Source: Macrostomum lignano (Eukaryota). From it: a stretch of 64,000 nt of DNA. Each line of letters starts with the position of its first letter. The stretch's first letter is position 1. The notes beneath the pieces were generated by a model. That model saw nothing but the letters and a program-made list of their open reading frames with translations, did not search any database and had not been told where the DNA came from. A program made the translations under genes and the position numbers. The stretch spans positions 248,001 to 312,000 of the forward strand of contig NIVC01000083.1 in NCBI GenBank assembly GCA_002269645.1, read 5' to 3'. Below, one piece after another: positions 11,114-29,800 of the stretch.

Positions 11114-13369
11114 GGTTTGGCAGTACAGCTATTATTAAAAATATAGAGCCTAGGTCTACCTAGTAGATCTCAAATCCAATCGTCCCGAGTTTCTTCTGAA
11201 ATTATAAATCATAAGAAGATATCGGGAAGAAAATAACAAAATACTAAGTAAAAAATCGACTAAAAAGCAATCCGTCACGTAACCGCACTACTATGTACAG
11301 TCCAGTCCAGAGAAAGAATTTTTATAGTATTTTTTTTATAGTTTATAGTCTTTAAAAGCCATTAAATTTGATGTCGGCATGTCGCGAACACACGCGTCTT
11401 CTTGGAAATAAATAATTTTAAAATATTTAAAATAGTTAACAAAGGCTTTCCTAGTCATCTATTTTTTCAAAGCTATTAGTAAAATAAATAACAAATTTAA
11501 TAACATATTCACTTGTTTGTAAACTTTCATTAAATAATGACGCAAATGCACCTATTTCGTTAAGCTTGCAGTTAAGCACTTTAAGCATTACTGTAAGTAG
11601 GAAAAAATACATTTGTACAAAATTGTTTTCAGAAATTTTAACCCGCAGTTATCTAACCATTCGATTCGACTAACACAGGCTGAACCACTGAAAATGCAAT
11701 TCAGATGTATTAAGATAAGTGTACAGATATATAGCTTTTATTTTTTTTTATTTATTTCACTTGTTGAGCCAGTAAGTTCAAGAGACTCGAGAGCTTATAA
11801 GATTAGATACACAAAAAGAAAAAAAAGATTTAACTCTCATCTCACTTGAATCACTTAATGAATTTTTGTTTGTAACAAAGGAAAATAATTTATGTTTTAT
11901 AGACAGAGGACGTATAAAATAGCTGCATTCTATGAACAACGTGATATTTAGCTTAGTATATCATAGCTTGGTGTCGTAAAAAGAGATAAGAACTGATAAA
12001 GTGATAAGGAATATGCAGCTATATTAGAGAGTAAGGTTTGCAGAGTTATCAGGAGTTGTACGGTTTTACTCTTGGATCAGCTGCTATATACTACATAGCT
12101 GCAGTGTATAAGTGGCTTGGCTATGATTCATATATCCAGTCACTTCTCATCTGCATAACCCGGCCAGCGCACTCATTCCACTTCTAGCTACTTTATTCTA
12201 AAATTGAGTCAGTGGAGCGAATTGTTCAAATAAATCCTCTTCAAATAAACACTCCTTAATAGACAGACAGCTGAGAATTTGCTTTCCTCTTATCTTGATC
12301 GTTCCTCTCCCGCTGGATTATCCTCTCATTTTTCACTCTCTCTTGTCTCTTCCTCTCCCACTGCAGCCGCTGACTGTATCGACTTTGTCCCTAGTACGTG
12401 AAGGGGAAGGGATAGCAAAACCTCTCATTCCCCAGCCCAGCCCAACCCAATTCAAGGTCATCGCGCCTTCGTCAAGGTCTAAAAATAACCCATTTCCCTC
12501 AATAAATTGTACGCAAATGACTCACTGCATGTAGTCTAGTTCCTAACCCCTTTCCGATAAAAAGAAATTCTATTTTTAGTCGCGTCTATGGATTACTAAC
12601 TCCGTAATGCGTATGTGTTTTCCCTGCCATTCTTTTTAATGCTTTCCCTTGCTGACTAATGCTTTTCGGGGTGAAAAAAATGTTTTGTTTACTTTGAGCT
12701 CTACCTTACGAAAATCAGACTCCACGCTCGCAATTCGCACAAGCCCTTACCAGCACATAAAAATGAAGCTGGAAGTCAAGTGTGAAAAAAACAATTTATT
12801 CTCGCTGTCGACGTTGGGATAATACAAGGGTAGGGTACTGCACTATTGCAATGTGTCATAATGCTCCTTGCATGCTATGTATAGAATTGCCTTGTACGAA
12901 TCAATCTGCAGCTTTAATTTTATGCCGGCGAGCGTGAAACACGAAATTAACATTTTGAGGGCGTTGGGCAGGAAGTGAAGCGAAGTAAATAATGATACTA
13001 TACTAATACTATATTATAAACCGTTACAATTACAATTAACATTTAGCAAGTGCACTCACAGCTGCTACTTGCAAAACAGTTTTCATTCAGTTACTTAAGT
13101 TAAATAGTTACTTACTTTACCATATAAAATGCATATTGTTAGCGTCCAAATTGGGGAAGTCGACCCCTGGTAGCTTGTCGGGGAATTGGACCGGGGACCC
13201 CCGGGGAGTAAAAATATTTAAAATACATTCGTAACTTTTGCCATTTAACTAAGAAAATGATTCACAGAAAGCACTCCGTTTATGCTTTTTCACTGCATAA
13301 CTGTATTATTTCAAACACACGTTTGAATGAATGTTGCTGATTGCTCACTTTTCATTGCTCATTCCTGTT

Positions 13370-13470
13370 GCTATCCAGTTGCTATATAATTCCATAACTG
13401 TCGGTTCTTCTCACAAGCGTAGCTGCTGAGCGTGTATTTTCAGCCTCCGGACTCTTTCTGACAAAGGTGC
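13370..13470 (+). mobile_element. Possible hAT transposase C-terminal (dimerisation domain) remnant
   Basis: One frame reads LTSVAAERVFSASGLFLTK, resembling the hAT 'xSxxxERxFSxxG' motif. No TIRs seen. Confidence 0.35.
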
Positions 13471-14109
13471 CCACACCTGGGGCGGATTAATTGCCCACCC
13501 CCTCTTGTGGCTGGCGATGATGGCGCTACTTTTCAAGAAAGATCCTCACCGCCCCCCGCCCTCAGTTTGCTTAAGTATTGCGCCCCCTAGTGTATATTAT
13601 GGCGCCCCCACTCCTATGGGTAAATCCGCCCCTCCTAGAAAATCGAGTGTGGGCCGTGGCGTCTTTCTACGTCAGCTGTCCGTGAATAATAATTATTATT
13701 ATTGATTACACCTGCTTAAATAGACAGCTCAGTCGCAGCTATTGCGCGGCGCGTCTGAATGCGCAGGGAGGGGGGAGGCAAAGGAGACATGAAAAAAATC
13801 AAAGAGGGAAAAATCAGAGCGACCAAGCGCATTTTTGTCAAAATACAGAGCCACCCCCGGCCCCACCGCCCCCCTTGAGTCTTTATCATTCAGTCTCCAG
13901 AATCCGCCCCCCCCCTCAACAAATCTGATTGCGCCACTCATTGTCTGGAGAGGCTCCGAACGGCTGTTCAGTCCAAGGACAAGGACTGGGGGTCAAGACT
14001 AAGTGGTTCCAGTGGTTCCGAGTATATGTACAAACTAATTTTCTTCCGAGATCAATATATTCACAGTACACAAGCTGCAGAGCTCCATTTATAGAGTAAT
14101 TCATTCATT

Positions 14110-14401
14110 ACAAGACTCGAACTTTCTTTTATTTTGTAGCGAATGCCAAAATGAATTGGAGAGAGTCGAGAGACTGGAGACTGAGAGAAAACCAAGTATA
14201 GAAATTTCCAGACAGGAACGACTGAGACAGGAAAACGGAGAAAAAAGAAATTGGTACACCTTTTTTGTCTCGGCACCGCCAGCCCCCGCGACACTTCTAC
14301 AGCCCGTCTGTTTGCTGGGACTGTTTTAATAACTGGGCTTGATTTTGACATACGCAACGCAAGCCCAGACCCAGTCCCAGACCACACACAAGACTCGAAC
14401 T
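14110..14401 (-). mobile_element. 264-bp insert flanked by 14-bp direct repeats (SINE/retroposon-like)
   Basis: ACAAGACTCGAACT at 14110-14123 and 14388-14401. The inner left end TTCTTTTATTTT is an A-rich tail containing AATAAA on the minus strand. Confidence 0.45.
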
Positions 14402-15223
14402 GTTCGACTTGAAAACCCTTAGTCGTTAGAGGTGTTGACTAGAGTTGGAAAGAAACGCACAACGTACAAACACGCACTGGAATAATTGGAAAGACCTTGA
14501 GAGACTTAGAGGGAGACTTGAGTGAGTCGTCAGACACACAAGCAAAAATAGGCTTGGCTTGCCTTGCTGTGTGGCAAATGAAAAACCTCTCTGCCTCAGT
14601 GAGAGGCACGGGGGCCCTCTTTCATTCCCGCGCCTTCCCCCTTCTTACTTTACTCGTCCGTCGTCTGTCTTGGGGAGGGGGACGCCCTGCCCGCCCCTAT
14701 TAGTCACCCTGCCCCACCCCATCTCGCAGCTGATTCGCCCCAGCAAGACAGACAGAGAGGAAGCTATAACAGGACCTGGGAGCTCCCCGTAGGAAGATAT
14801 ATATAAATATACATACGCTTTGCATACTTTACTTAACTGACTATTACTAAAAACCGTTTCTTTTTTGCTATTCCAGTACAGGCGCTGGTAGGAATTCCAA
14901 TTGTAAGTTAATAATATTAAAATACACCAGAGGACCTGGAAAGTCAGCTGAGCGATATTTTATTTACGCTATACTATACTATAGGGGCTGTCTAGATTAT
15001 TGAGAAACTTATTAATATATTATTGTCGCTCTTGATAGATTATTAACTGAATTAAAAGTCTAACAAACATTTAATTATACTGGTTGATTAAGTTCTGCAA
15101 AGGAGATCGCTCTAGCTTATTAATTTTATGATAATTAAAGCTTCAATCCAGAATCTGTTTTCTTTGGGTCAAATAGTTGATTTATCTGATAGGTTTTAAG
15201 TTTCGAATAAAGTGATAGAACAC

Positions 15224-22313
<7,090 letters not shown>

Positions 22314-23276
22314 ATTAAATAATGATAAAAAGAAGTTCATCGCGTCCTTTTACTTGCGCTGGCTGTTTTTTCCTACCCAGCTTACTTTGTCTGACTGAAG
22401 AGGATTCGATCCACGCGTGTACTGTTACCCGTGTTGCACCTGCTATTATTATTTAGTACTATGCAATATTACTTATCAATATTGCTTAGTCTGTTAGTTA
22501 GCTCTTGTTTTGCTGCTTTTCTTCTGCTTTCAGTGTTCCGTCTGTTTCTGCTTCTAAGCACATCACGTGTTTTTATTGGTCTGTTTATTTTGCTGTTTTC
22601 TGTTGTTGTTGCTGCTGAACAATATAAAAAGAAGAAACTCGCAACAAAAAAGTAGTTTCACTCAATGTCTGTACAGTACAATTTTTATGTACCTTTTATG
22701 TAGAAAGGCAAGAACCACCCTCTCTAAGCCTGCCTGTTTGAAACTTATCTGTATCTTCATAAATATGAATTTTTCTGAGCATTTAAAGCCATCCAATCCA
22801 CCAGCAGTTTCATAATTGTTGCCCTTTTCCATTATTAATTCGTGAAGAACCGTAAGCTACTACTGTATACTACTTACAAGCGTTATCTTGCACCCAATTG
22901 CTATTCTTCAGCCTTTCCCCTCTCGGGTTGCACAGTGCGCGCTTTGAAAAAGCAACAATAATCGGTAATTTTCTTCGAATGGAACTCTCATGCCCGTTGT
23001 CTTTTTTACCTTGCTTATTTATTTATTAATATATTTAAATAAATTTGCCGTCAACAGTCTGCAATAGAAAGCCAGAAGCCAAAACACGCCGTTTGTTTTT
23101 AAATTAAAATAAACCCAGCCTGTTGTAAATTTCTAAAAATCGCTTAAAAATCGTTATTGTTGGTTTAAAAATAAACTGAGTTTCAATTCGAGGTTTTCAC
23201 CGAGTTGTACATGCTAGTGTTATGCGATAGCAATTCATTGTTTTGCTTTAGCCTTGACTCTATTTCTTTTTCAAAG

Positions 23277-23693
23277 TTGAGGGAGGCGTCATTTTCATTT
23301 TGAGGAAGGCGTCATTTTCATTTTGAGGAAGGCGTCATTTTCATTTCGAGGAAGGCGTCATTTTCATTTTGAGGAAGGCGTCATTTTCATTTTGAGGAAG
23401 GCGTCATTTTCATTTTGAGGAAGGCGTCATTTTCATTTCGAGGAAGGCGTCATTTTTATTTTGAGGAAGGCGTCATTTTCATTTCGAGGAAGGCGTCATT
23501 TTCATTTTGAGGAAGGCGTCATTTTCATTTTGAGGAAGGCGTCATTTTCATTTCGAGGAAGGCGTCATTTTCATTTTGAGGCGGGCGCCACTTTTCTTTG
23601 GAGAGGCGCCACTTTATTTTGAGGGAGGCGCCACTTCATTTTGAGGGAGACGCCATTTTCATTTTGAGGGAGGCACCACTTTATTTTTAGGGA
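23277..23693. repeat. 23-bp minisatellite (GAGGAAGGCGTCATTTTCATTTT)n, left arm around the retrotransposon
   Basis: Tandem units read directly. Confidence 0.95.
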
Positions 23694-25189
23694 TTTGACT
23701 TACTTACATGAACATGCAGCTGCAGGGGCACCCTTCGGTGGATGCAGCGAGGAAGCGGAGGAGACCGTCCATTTCGCTGGATGTCACTCAGGAGGACCCG
23801 TCAGTCTCGCCTGCAGCGCGGTCCTCCTCACAGGCGGTGGGGAAGAAATCAGCTCGTCCCATGTCCATAAGGTACCTGGCAAGCAGCGGTATGCTCTCGG
23901 GCCGGAGAGAACCGGGTTTGGCCCGAGGTGAGTGAGCCTGGCCCTAGCTGGTGAAGACCAGTACGTGGCAGATAAAGTTTTCACTCGGCGTTTTCACTGC
24001 CTGAGCGGCAGAAGGGGCACCGCTCCTCGGGTACTTGGCCCTGAAGGAAGCGGTGGCGAGAGAAGCAGCCATGCCCGGAGAGGGCCATGCTAACTGCTCT
24101 GAGGTCTCTGCATGCGGTGGAACTTGAGGAGGGCTCTACGCAGGAGGGGGGGGGAACAGGGGACGGCAGCACGGGATTGCCTACAATTCCGAGTGTCGTG
24201 CCACCTGCGGAGATGCTCGGAATCAGCCCAGCGCTTAACGCCGGAGTTGATCACCGAGGCGGGGATGGGGGCTCCGAGGAAACCAGCGTGGCCCGGGATC
24301 CATCGAGCTCCACCTGGTTGCCTAGCGCAAGCCCGTTGAGCTGGACATTGCAGTCCTACAGGACATATCTGGAGCTGGTGGTGCTGCGGCAGAGGGCCCG
24401 AAGGGCTGCTTGGTTGTCAGAGTGAAATATAAATTTCCGACCGCTAAGCTGCCTTCGGCGCAGCTCTGCCGCGCAGGAGCTGATGGCAAGCACCTCGCTC
24501 TGAAAAACACTGGAGTTGAGCCCAGTGTGCTATGAGTAGCTCCACACCGCTTCTCCCTAGAAGAAGACGCAAGCTCCGAAGCGTGAGAAGCCATTCCTCA
24601 TTGAGAGTGTAACAGTGGACTTCAGAATCGCTCCAGCAGTTGCTCGCCTCGTGTCGAGGCTGAATGGTGACCTGATACCTTTGGCTCAGGAGAAGGGTGG
24701 CTGGGATCGAGTCCGTGAGGATTTTGAGCCCGTCACACTTCTCGAGAGTCTTGAGGCAGAGGTCAGAGTGCGGGATTAGCGGCCGCTTCTTAAAGGCCCG
24801 CACTTTCTTGAAGGCCACCCCAGCATCCAGAAGACGTCGGGTGCTCTACGCCGCCTCTCCTTTGATATAAATATCCAGAGGAGGGGCACAGAGGAAGGCA
24901 GTGCGGTTCCGGATCATGAACATGATCCACCGGACAAGGTGAGGGTGCGTGGCCCTGGATTCCAGGGCTCTGCAAAAGGCCTCGAAGATAAAATTGTCGA
25001 AGGCACCCTCAATGTCCAGGAAAAGCGAGAGGGCAAAGCCGCTGTCAAGAACGGCCCTCTCCAGGAAGTCAACGATGACACGGAGGGCACTCTCAGTGGA
25101 CCTGCCCGTGCGGAAGCGGAAGGCGTACTGGTTCTGCGTTAGTGGGAAGCGCTTCAGATCGACCGAGAGTAGGCACTAAAGCACCAGTC
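23694..25189 (-). mobile_element. Decayed, 5'-truncated and internally deleted non-LTR retrotransposon (R1/LOA/Tad-like; RT, RNase H, C-terminal Cys/His motif)
   Basis: Minus-strand translation gives RT motifs QYAFR..GRSTESAL and LFLDIEGAFDN, post-RT PPLDIYIKGEAA, RNase H motifs GLNSSVFQSEVLAI and FHSDNQAALRAL, and ALSGHGCFSRH..CPFC..ENAE. The 3' end is (GTAA)2. Stops and frameshifts are present. TTTTAGGGA occurs at both junctions (23685-23693, 25190-25198). Confidence 0.88.
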
Positions 25190-25980
25190 TTTTAGGGAGG
25201 CGCCGTTTTCATTTTGAAGGAGACGCCATTTTCTTTTTGAGGGAGGTGCCACTTTCATTTTGAGGGAGGTGCCACTTTCATTTTGAGGGAGGTGCCACTT
25301 TCATTTTGAGGGAGGCGCCATTTTCATTTTTAGGGAGATGCCATTTTCACATGTATTTTTAGGGAGATGCCATTTTCACATGTATTTTGGAGGAGATGCC
25401 ATTTTCACATGTATTTTGGAGGAGATGCCATTTTCACATGTATTTTAGAGGAGATGCCATTTTCACATGTATTTTTAGGGAGATGCCATTTTCACATGTA
25501 TTTTTAGGGAGATGCCATTTTCACATGTATTTTTAGGGAGATGCCATTTTCACATGTATTTTGGAGGAGATGCCATTTTCACATGTATTTTGGAGGAGAT
25601 GCCATTTTCACATGTATTTTAGAGGAGATGCCATTTTCACATGTATTTTTAGGGAGATGCCATTTTCACATGTATTTTTAGGGAGATGCCATTTTCACAT
25701 GTATTTTAGAGGAGATGCCATTTTCACATGTATTTTTAGGGAGATGCCATTTTCGCATGTATTTTTAGGGAGATGCCATTTTCACATGTATTTTTAGGGA
25801 GATGCCATTTTCGCATGTATTTTTAGGGAGATGCCATTTTCACATGTATTTTTAGGGAGATGCCATTTTCACATGTATTTTTAGGGAGATGCCATTTTCA
25901 CATGTATTTTTAGGGAGATGCCATTTTCACATGTATTTTGAGGTAGGCCGCCACCTCATTTGAGGGAGGCGCCAGTTCAG
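25190..25980. repeat. Right arm of the same satellite, changing from 23-bp units to ~31-bp units (TAGGGAGATGCCATTTTCACATGTATTTT)n
   Basis: Tandem units read directly. Confidence 0.95.
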
Positions 25981-26830
25981 TTTGGCTTCGCCGCAAACCC
26001 CTCACTACTCGGCTGTTGCTTTGCAAATCTCCAGTCGCTGAGAAAGTTTTTGACTTCAATTATTTTGCAGTCCCAAACTCCAAAAATAAGTCTGCTGTCA
26101 CAGGCATCAGAAATTGGGCTATGAGAAGCCGCAACACAAGCTTCAGTAGCGTCAAGCAGATTCCCGAGATCAGCGGAGCAATGCGCAAGACTTGTCTTCC
26201 TCTCGACCGGGCAGCCGCCGGGCGGTTCGGCGAGAGAATCGGACCAGAAAAACGAAGAGATCCGGGGAGCAGGAAAGGATTTGAGAAGCTGCGCCAGACC
26301 ATTCCGCAGGGGATTAACTGAAAATCGGCGGAGACAGCTGCCCGATTAGCGGCAGCCAATTTTCCTCGAGGCTTAGTCGAAATCCCTTGAAGCGGGAGAT
26401 CGCGTGGGCGTAGGGGGGAGGCCGCGGAGGATCTTCGGTTGTCTATGGCCGAGACTCGAACTGGCTGTAGGGAATCGCCCTCTACAGCTGATTGGTTGAT
26501 GAAGAAGATGATGTGTCTTCACTGTCGTTATAACCCGTTCCTCAGTCTCCTTTCTTCATCTGCGACTTCTTTAGCGGATCTCTGCGCGTCAAAAATAAGA
26601 AGAGAAAGCTACGCGGTTTTGAAAATAATCCAACCCCAATTCTGTTTGATTATCAATTCGGCACGCGTACACATTTTCGGCGAGATTTTTTCAAAAATCT
26701 AAAAAGGTAAGCGAAAATGTGACTTTCACCATTGCTCAGCGGATTAGTGTACTTATTGCTAGATTTATATAAACAAAATTGGCTGTTCGGGAATGGTTTC
26801 GAATTTGTTCCGTTGCTAAAAATACGCGCA

Positions 26831-29800
26831 ATGTCCACAGCGAGGTGCGAGCACCAGCAGCAGCGTAGACACCCATCTCGCGGCTCGGAGTCCGACTCTT
26901 CATCAGCTACAGGTAATCGGCTGTCTTCGGTTGGCGACGGAGACTCTGAGGCTGGCGGCTGCTGCTACTGCTGTTACAGCTACTATTGTGGACAACCGGT
27001 TTGCACCCAGTGCGGAGTTGCCATGGACTCGGCCGCGGCCAAGGCTAGACGGGGCCGGTTCTCGTCTGTCAGCTCTATGATTGATGAAGACGAGATCTCT
27101 GGGATCGAGGTGAGCCACTCACCATCTCTTTTGTGTCCTTGCCACTCTCCTTTGTCCTTGTCACTCTCCTATGTGTCCTTGTCACTCTCCTATGTGTCCT
27201 TGTCACTCTCCTATGTGTCCTTGTCACTCTCCTATGTGTCCTTGTCACTCTCCTGTGTGTCCTAGTCACTCTCCCACTCTCCTATGTGTCCTTGTCACTC
27301 TCCTGTGTGTCCTTGTCACTCTCCTATGTGTCCTTGTCACTCTCCTGTGTGTCCTAGTCACTCTCCCACTCTCCTATGTGTCCTTGTCACTCTCCTGTGT
27401 GTCCTTGTCACTCTCCTATGTGACCTTGTCACTCTCCTGTGTGTCCTTGTCACTCTACTGTGTGTCCTTGTCACTCTCCTATGTGTCCTTGTCACTCTTG
27501 CGTGCCCTTGTCAATCTTGCGTGCCCTTGTCACTCTTGTGTGCCCTTGTCACTCTCTTATGTTGTCCTTGTCACTCTCATATCTGTCTTTGTCACTCTCC
27601 CACGTGTCCCTGGCACTCCCATATGATAACTTCTTGGCACTCTATTACGAGTTCTTGTTACTCCCAATGTGTCCTTGCCACTCTCATATGTTGTCCTTGT
27701 CCTCCTATCTGTCTTTGTCTTTTTTCTATTTGTTCTTGTCACTCTGTTATGTTGACCTTGTCACTCTTCTTTTTAACTTTGTCACTTATTTTTGTCCCTT
27801 TTCCCTCTCTACCCTTGTCACTCTTCTATCTGCCATTGTCACTCTCGTGCCCCTACAAAAGTCGAGCTCTTCACCGCCCCCCAGCAGAACAAGCTGAAAG
27901 ACCTCGGCTCGGTGAAGGAGACGGCGGAGGCAGCCAAGAAGACGGTTTCCTTCATATTCGGTGTTGGCGACAGGATCAGCGGCCTGGCCGGGGTGCTCAA
28001 AATTTTCGAGGTGAGAAACTGCTTTTTTGGAATAGTTGATGGGCTGTTTCTAGAGAACCTGTGTATTTCCTTTATTTTCTTGTTGGAAGGTAAGTTCGGC
28101 GCCAATTTAGTTAAGCATGGCGCCACTTTAATTAAGCATGGCGCCACTTTAATTAAGCATGGCGCCAATTTTGTTAAGCATGGCGTCACTTTAATTAAGC
28201 ATGGCGCCACTTTAATTAAGAATGGCGCCACTTTAATCAAGCATGGCGTCACTTTAATTAAGCATGGCGTCACTTTAATTAAGCATGGCGTCACTTTAAT
28301 TAAGCATGGTGCCACTTTAATTGAGCATGGCGTCACTTTAATTAAGCATGGCGTCACTTTAATTAAGCATGGCGTCACTTTAATTGAGCATGGCGCCACT
28401 TTAATCAAGCATGGCGTCACTTTAATTGAGCATGGCGTCACTTTAATTAAGCATGGCGTCACTTTAACTAAGCATGGCGTCACTTTAATTAAGCATGGCG
28501 TCACTTTAATTAAGCATGGCGCCACTTTAATTAAGCATGGCGTCACTTTAATTAAGCATGGCGTCACTTTAATTAAGCATGGCGTCACTTTAATTAAGCA
28601 TGGTGCCACTTTAATTAAGCATGGCGTCACTTTAATTAAGCATAGCGCCACTCTTTAAACATGGCACCAATTTAATTAAGCATGGCGCCACTTTATTTAC
28701 GCATGGCGCCACTTTAATTAAGCATGGCGCCACTTTAATTAAGCATGGCGCCACTTTAATTAAGCATGGCGCCAATTTTGTTAAGCATGGTGCCACTTTA
28801 ATTAAGCATGGCGCCACTTTAATCAAGCATGGCGTCACTTTATTTAAGCATGGCGCCACTTGAATTAAGCATGGTGCCACTTGAATTAAGCATGGTGCCA
28901 CTTTAATTGAGCATGGCGCCACTTTAATTAAGCATGGTGCCACTTTAATTAAGCATGGCGCCATAAATGAACTTTGGCTCAACATTATTAAACGACTTGT
29001 TTCGATACATATCGGCTCCTAACTTTAAAAAACGGCGCCGCAAAGGCGAACAACATCGAAGTCGTGCACGTCGAATCGCGCGGCGGCCGGCGCGCCTCCG
29101 CTCCGTTCGAAATTTTCGTCGACGTGGACGCCGACAGGTCGAAGCTGCCGAGCCTGGTGGACGCTTTGAAGGCCGAAGTCGAGTCCGTGATGGTCCAGGA
29201 GGTCGACAAGTCGATCGATCCCGACCAGACCGAATCCGGCGCCGCCATTTCCGGTGGCGGCGTCGGCGGCGGCGCCAACGACGGGGCCGTCGACGGTGGA
29301 AACGCCTTCGAGAATTCCGGACCGGCGGGCGTCGTTGACACGGAAATTCCTGGAAAATCCAATGCGGCCTCGGCCAAAACATCTGCGCCAAGACAGGGGC
29401 GCATGCTGCGCAGGCAGAGTGAGGGAGGGCTCATGGGGCTTGTGTGAATCTAATGGAGTTTGTGTGAATTCAATGGAGTTTGTGTGAATTCAATGGAGTT
29501 TGCGTGAATTCAATGGAGTTTGTGTGAATTCAATGGGGGCTTGTGTGAATTCAATGGAGTTTGTGTGAATTCAATGGGACTTGTGTGAATCCAATGGAGT
29601 TTGTGTGAATTCAATGAAGGCTTGTGTGAATTCAATGGAGTTTTTGTGAATTTAATGGAGTTTTTGTGAATTCAATGGGGCTTGTGTGAATCCAATGGAG
29701 TTTGTGTGAATTCAATGGATTTTGCGTGAATCCGATGGAGTTTGTGTGAATTTAATGGGGGCTTGTGTGAATTCAATGGAGTTTTTGTGAATTCAATGGG

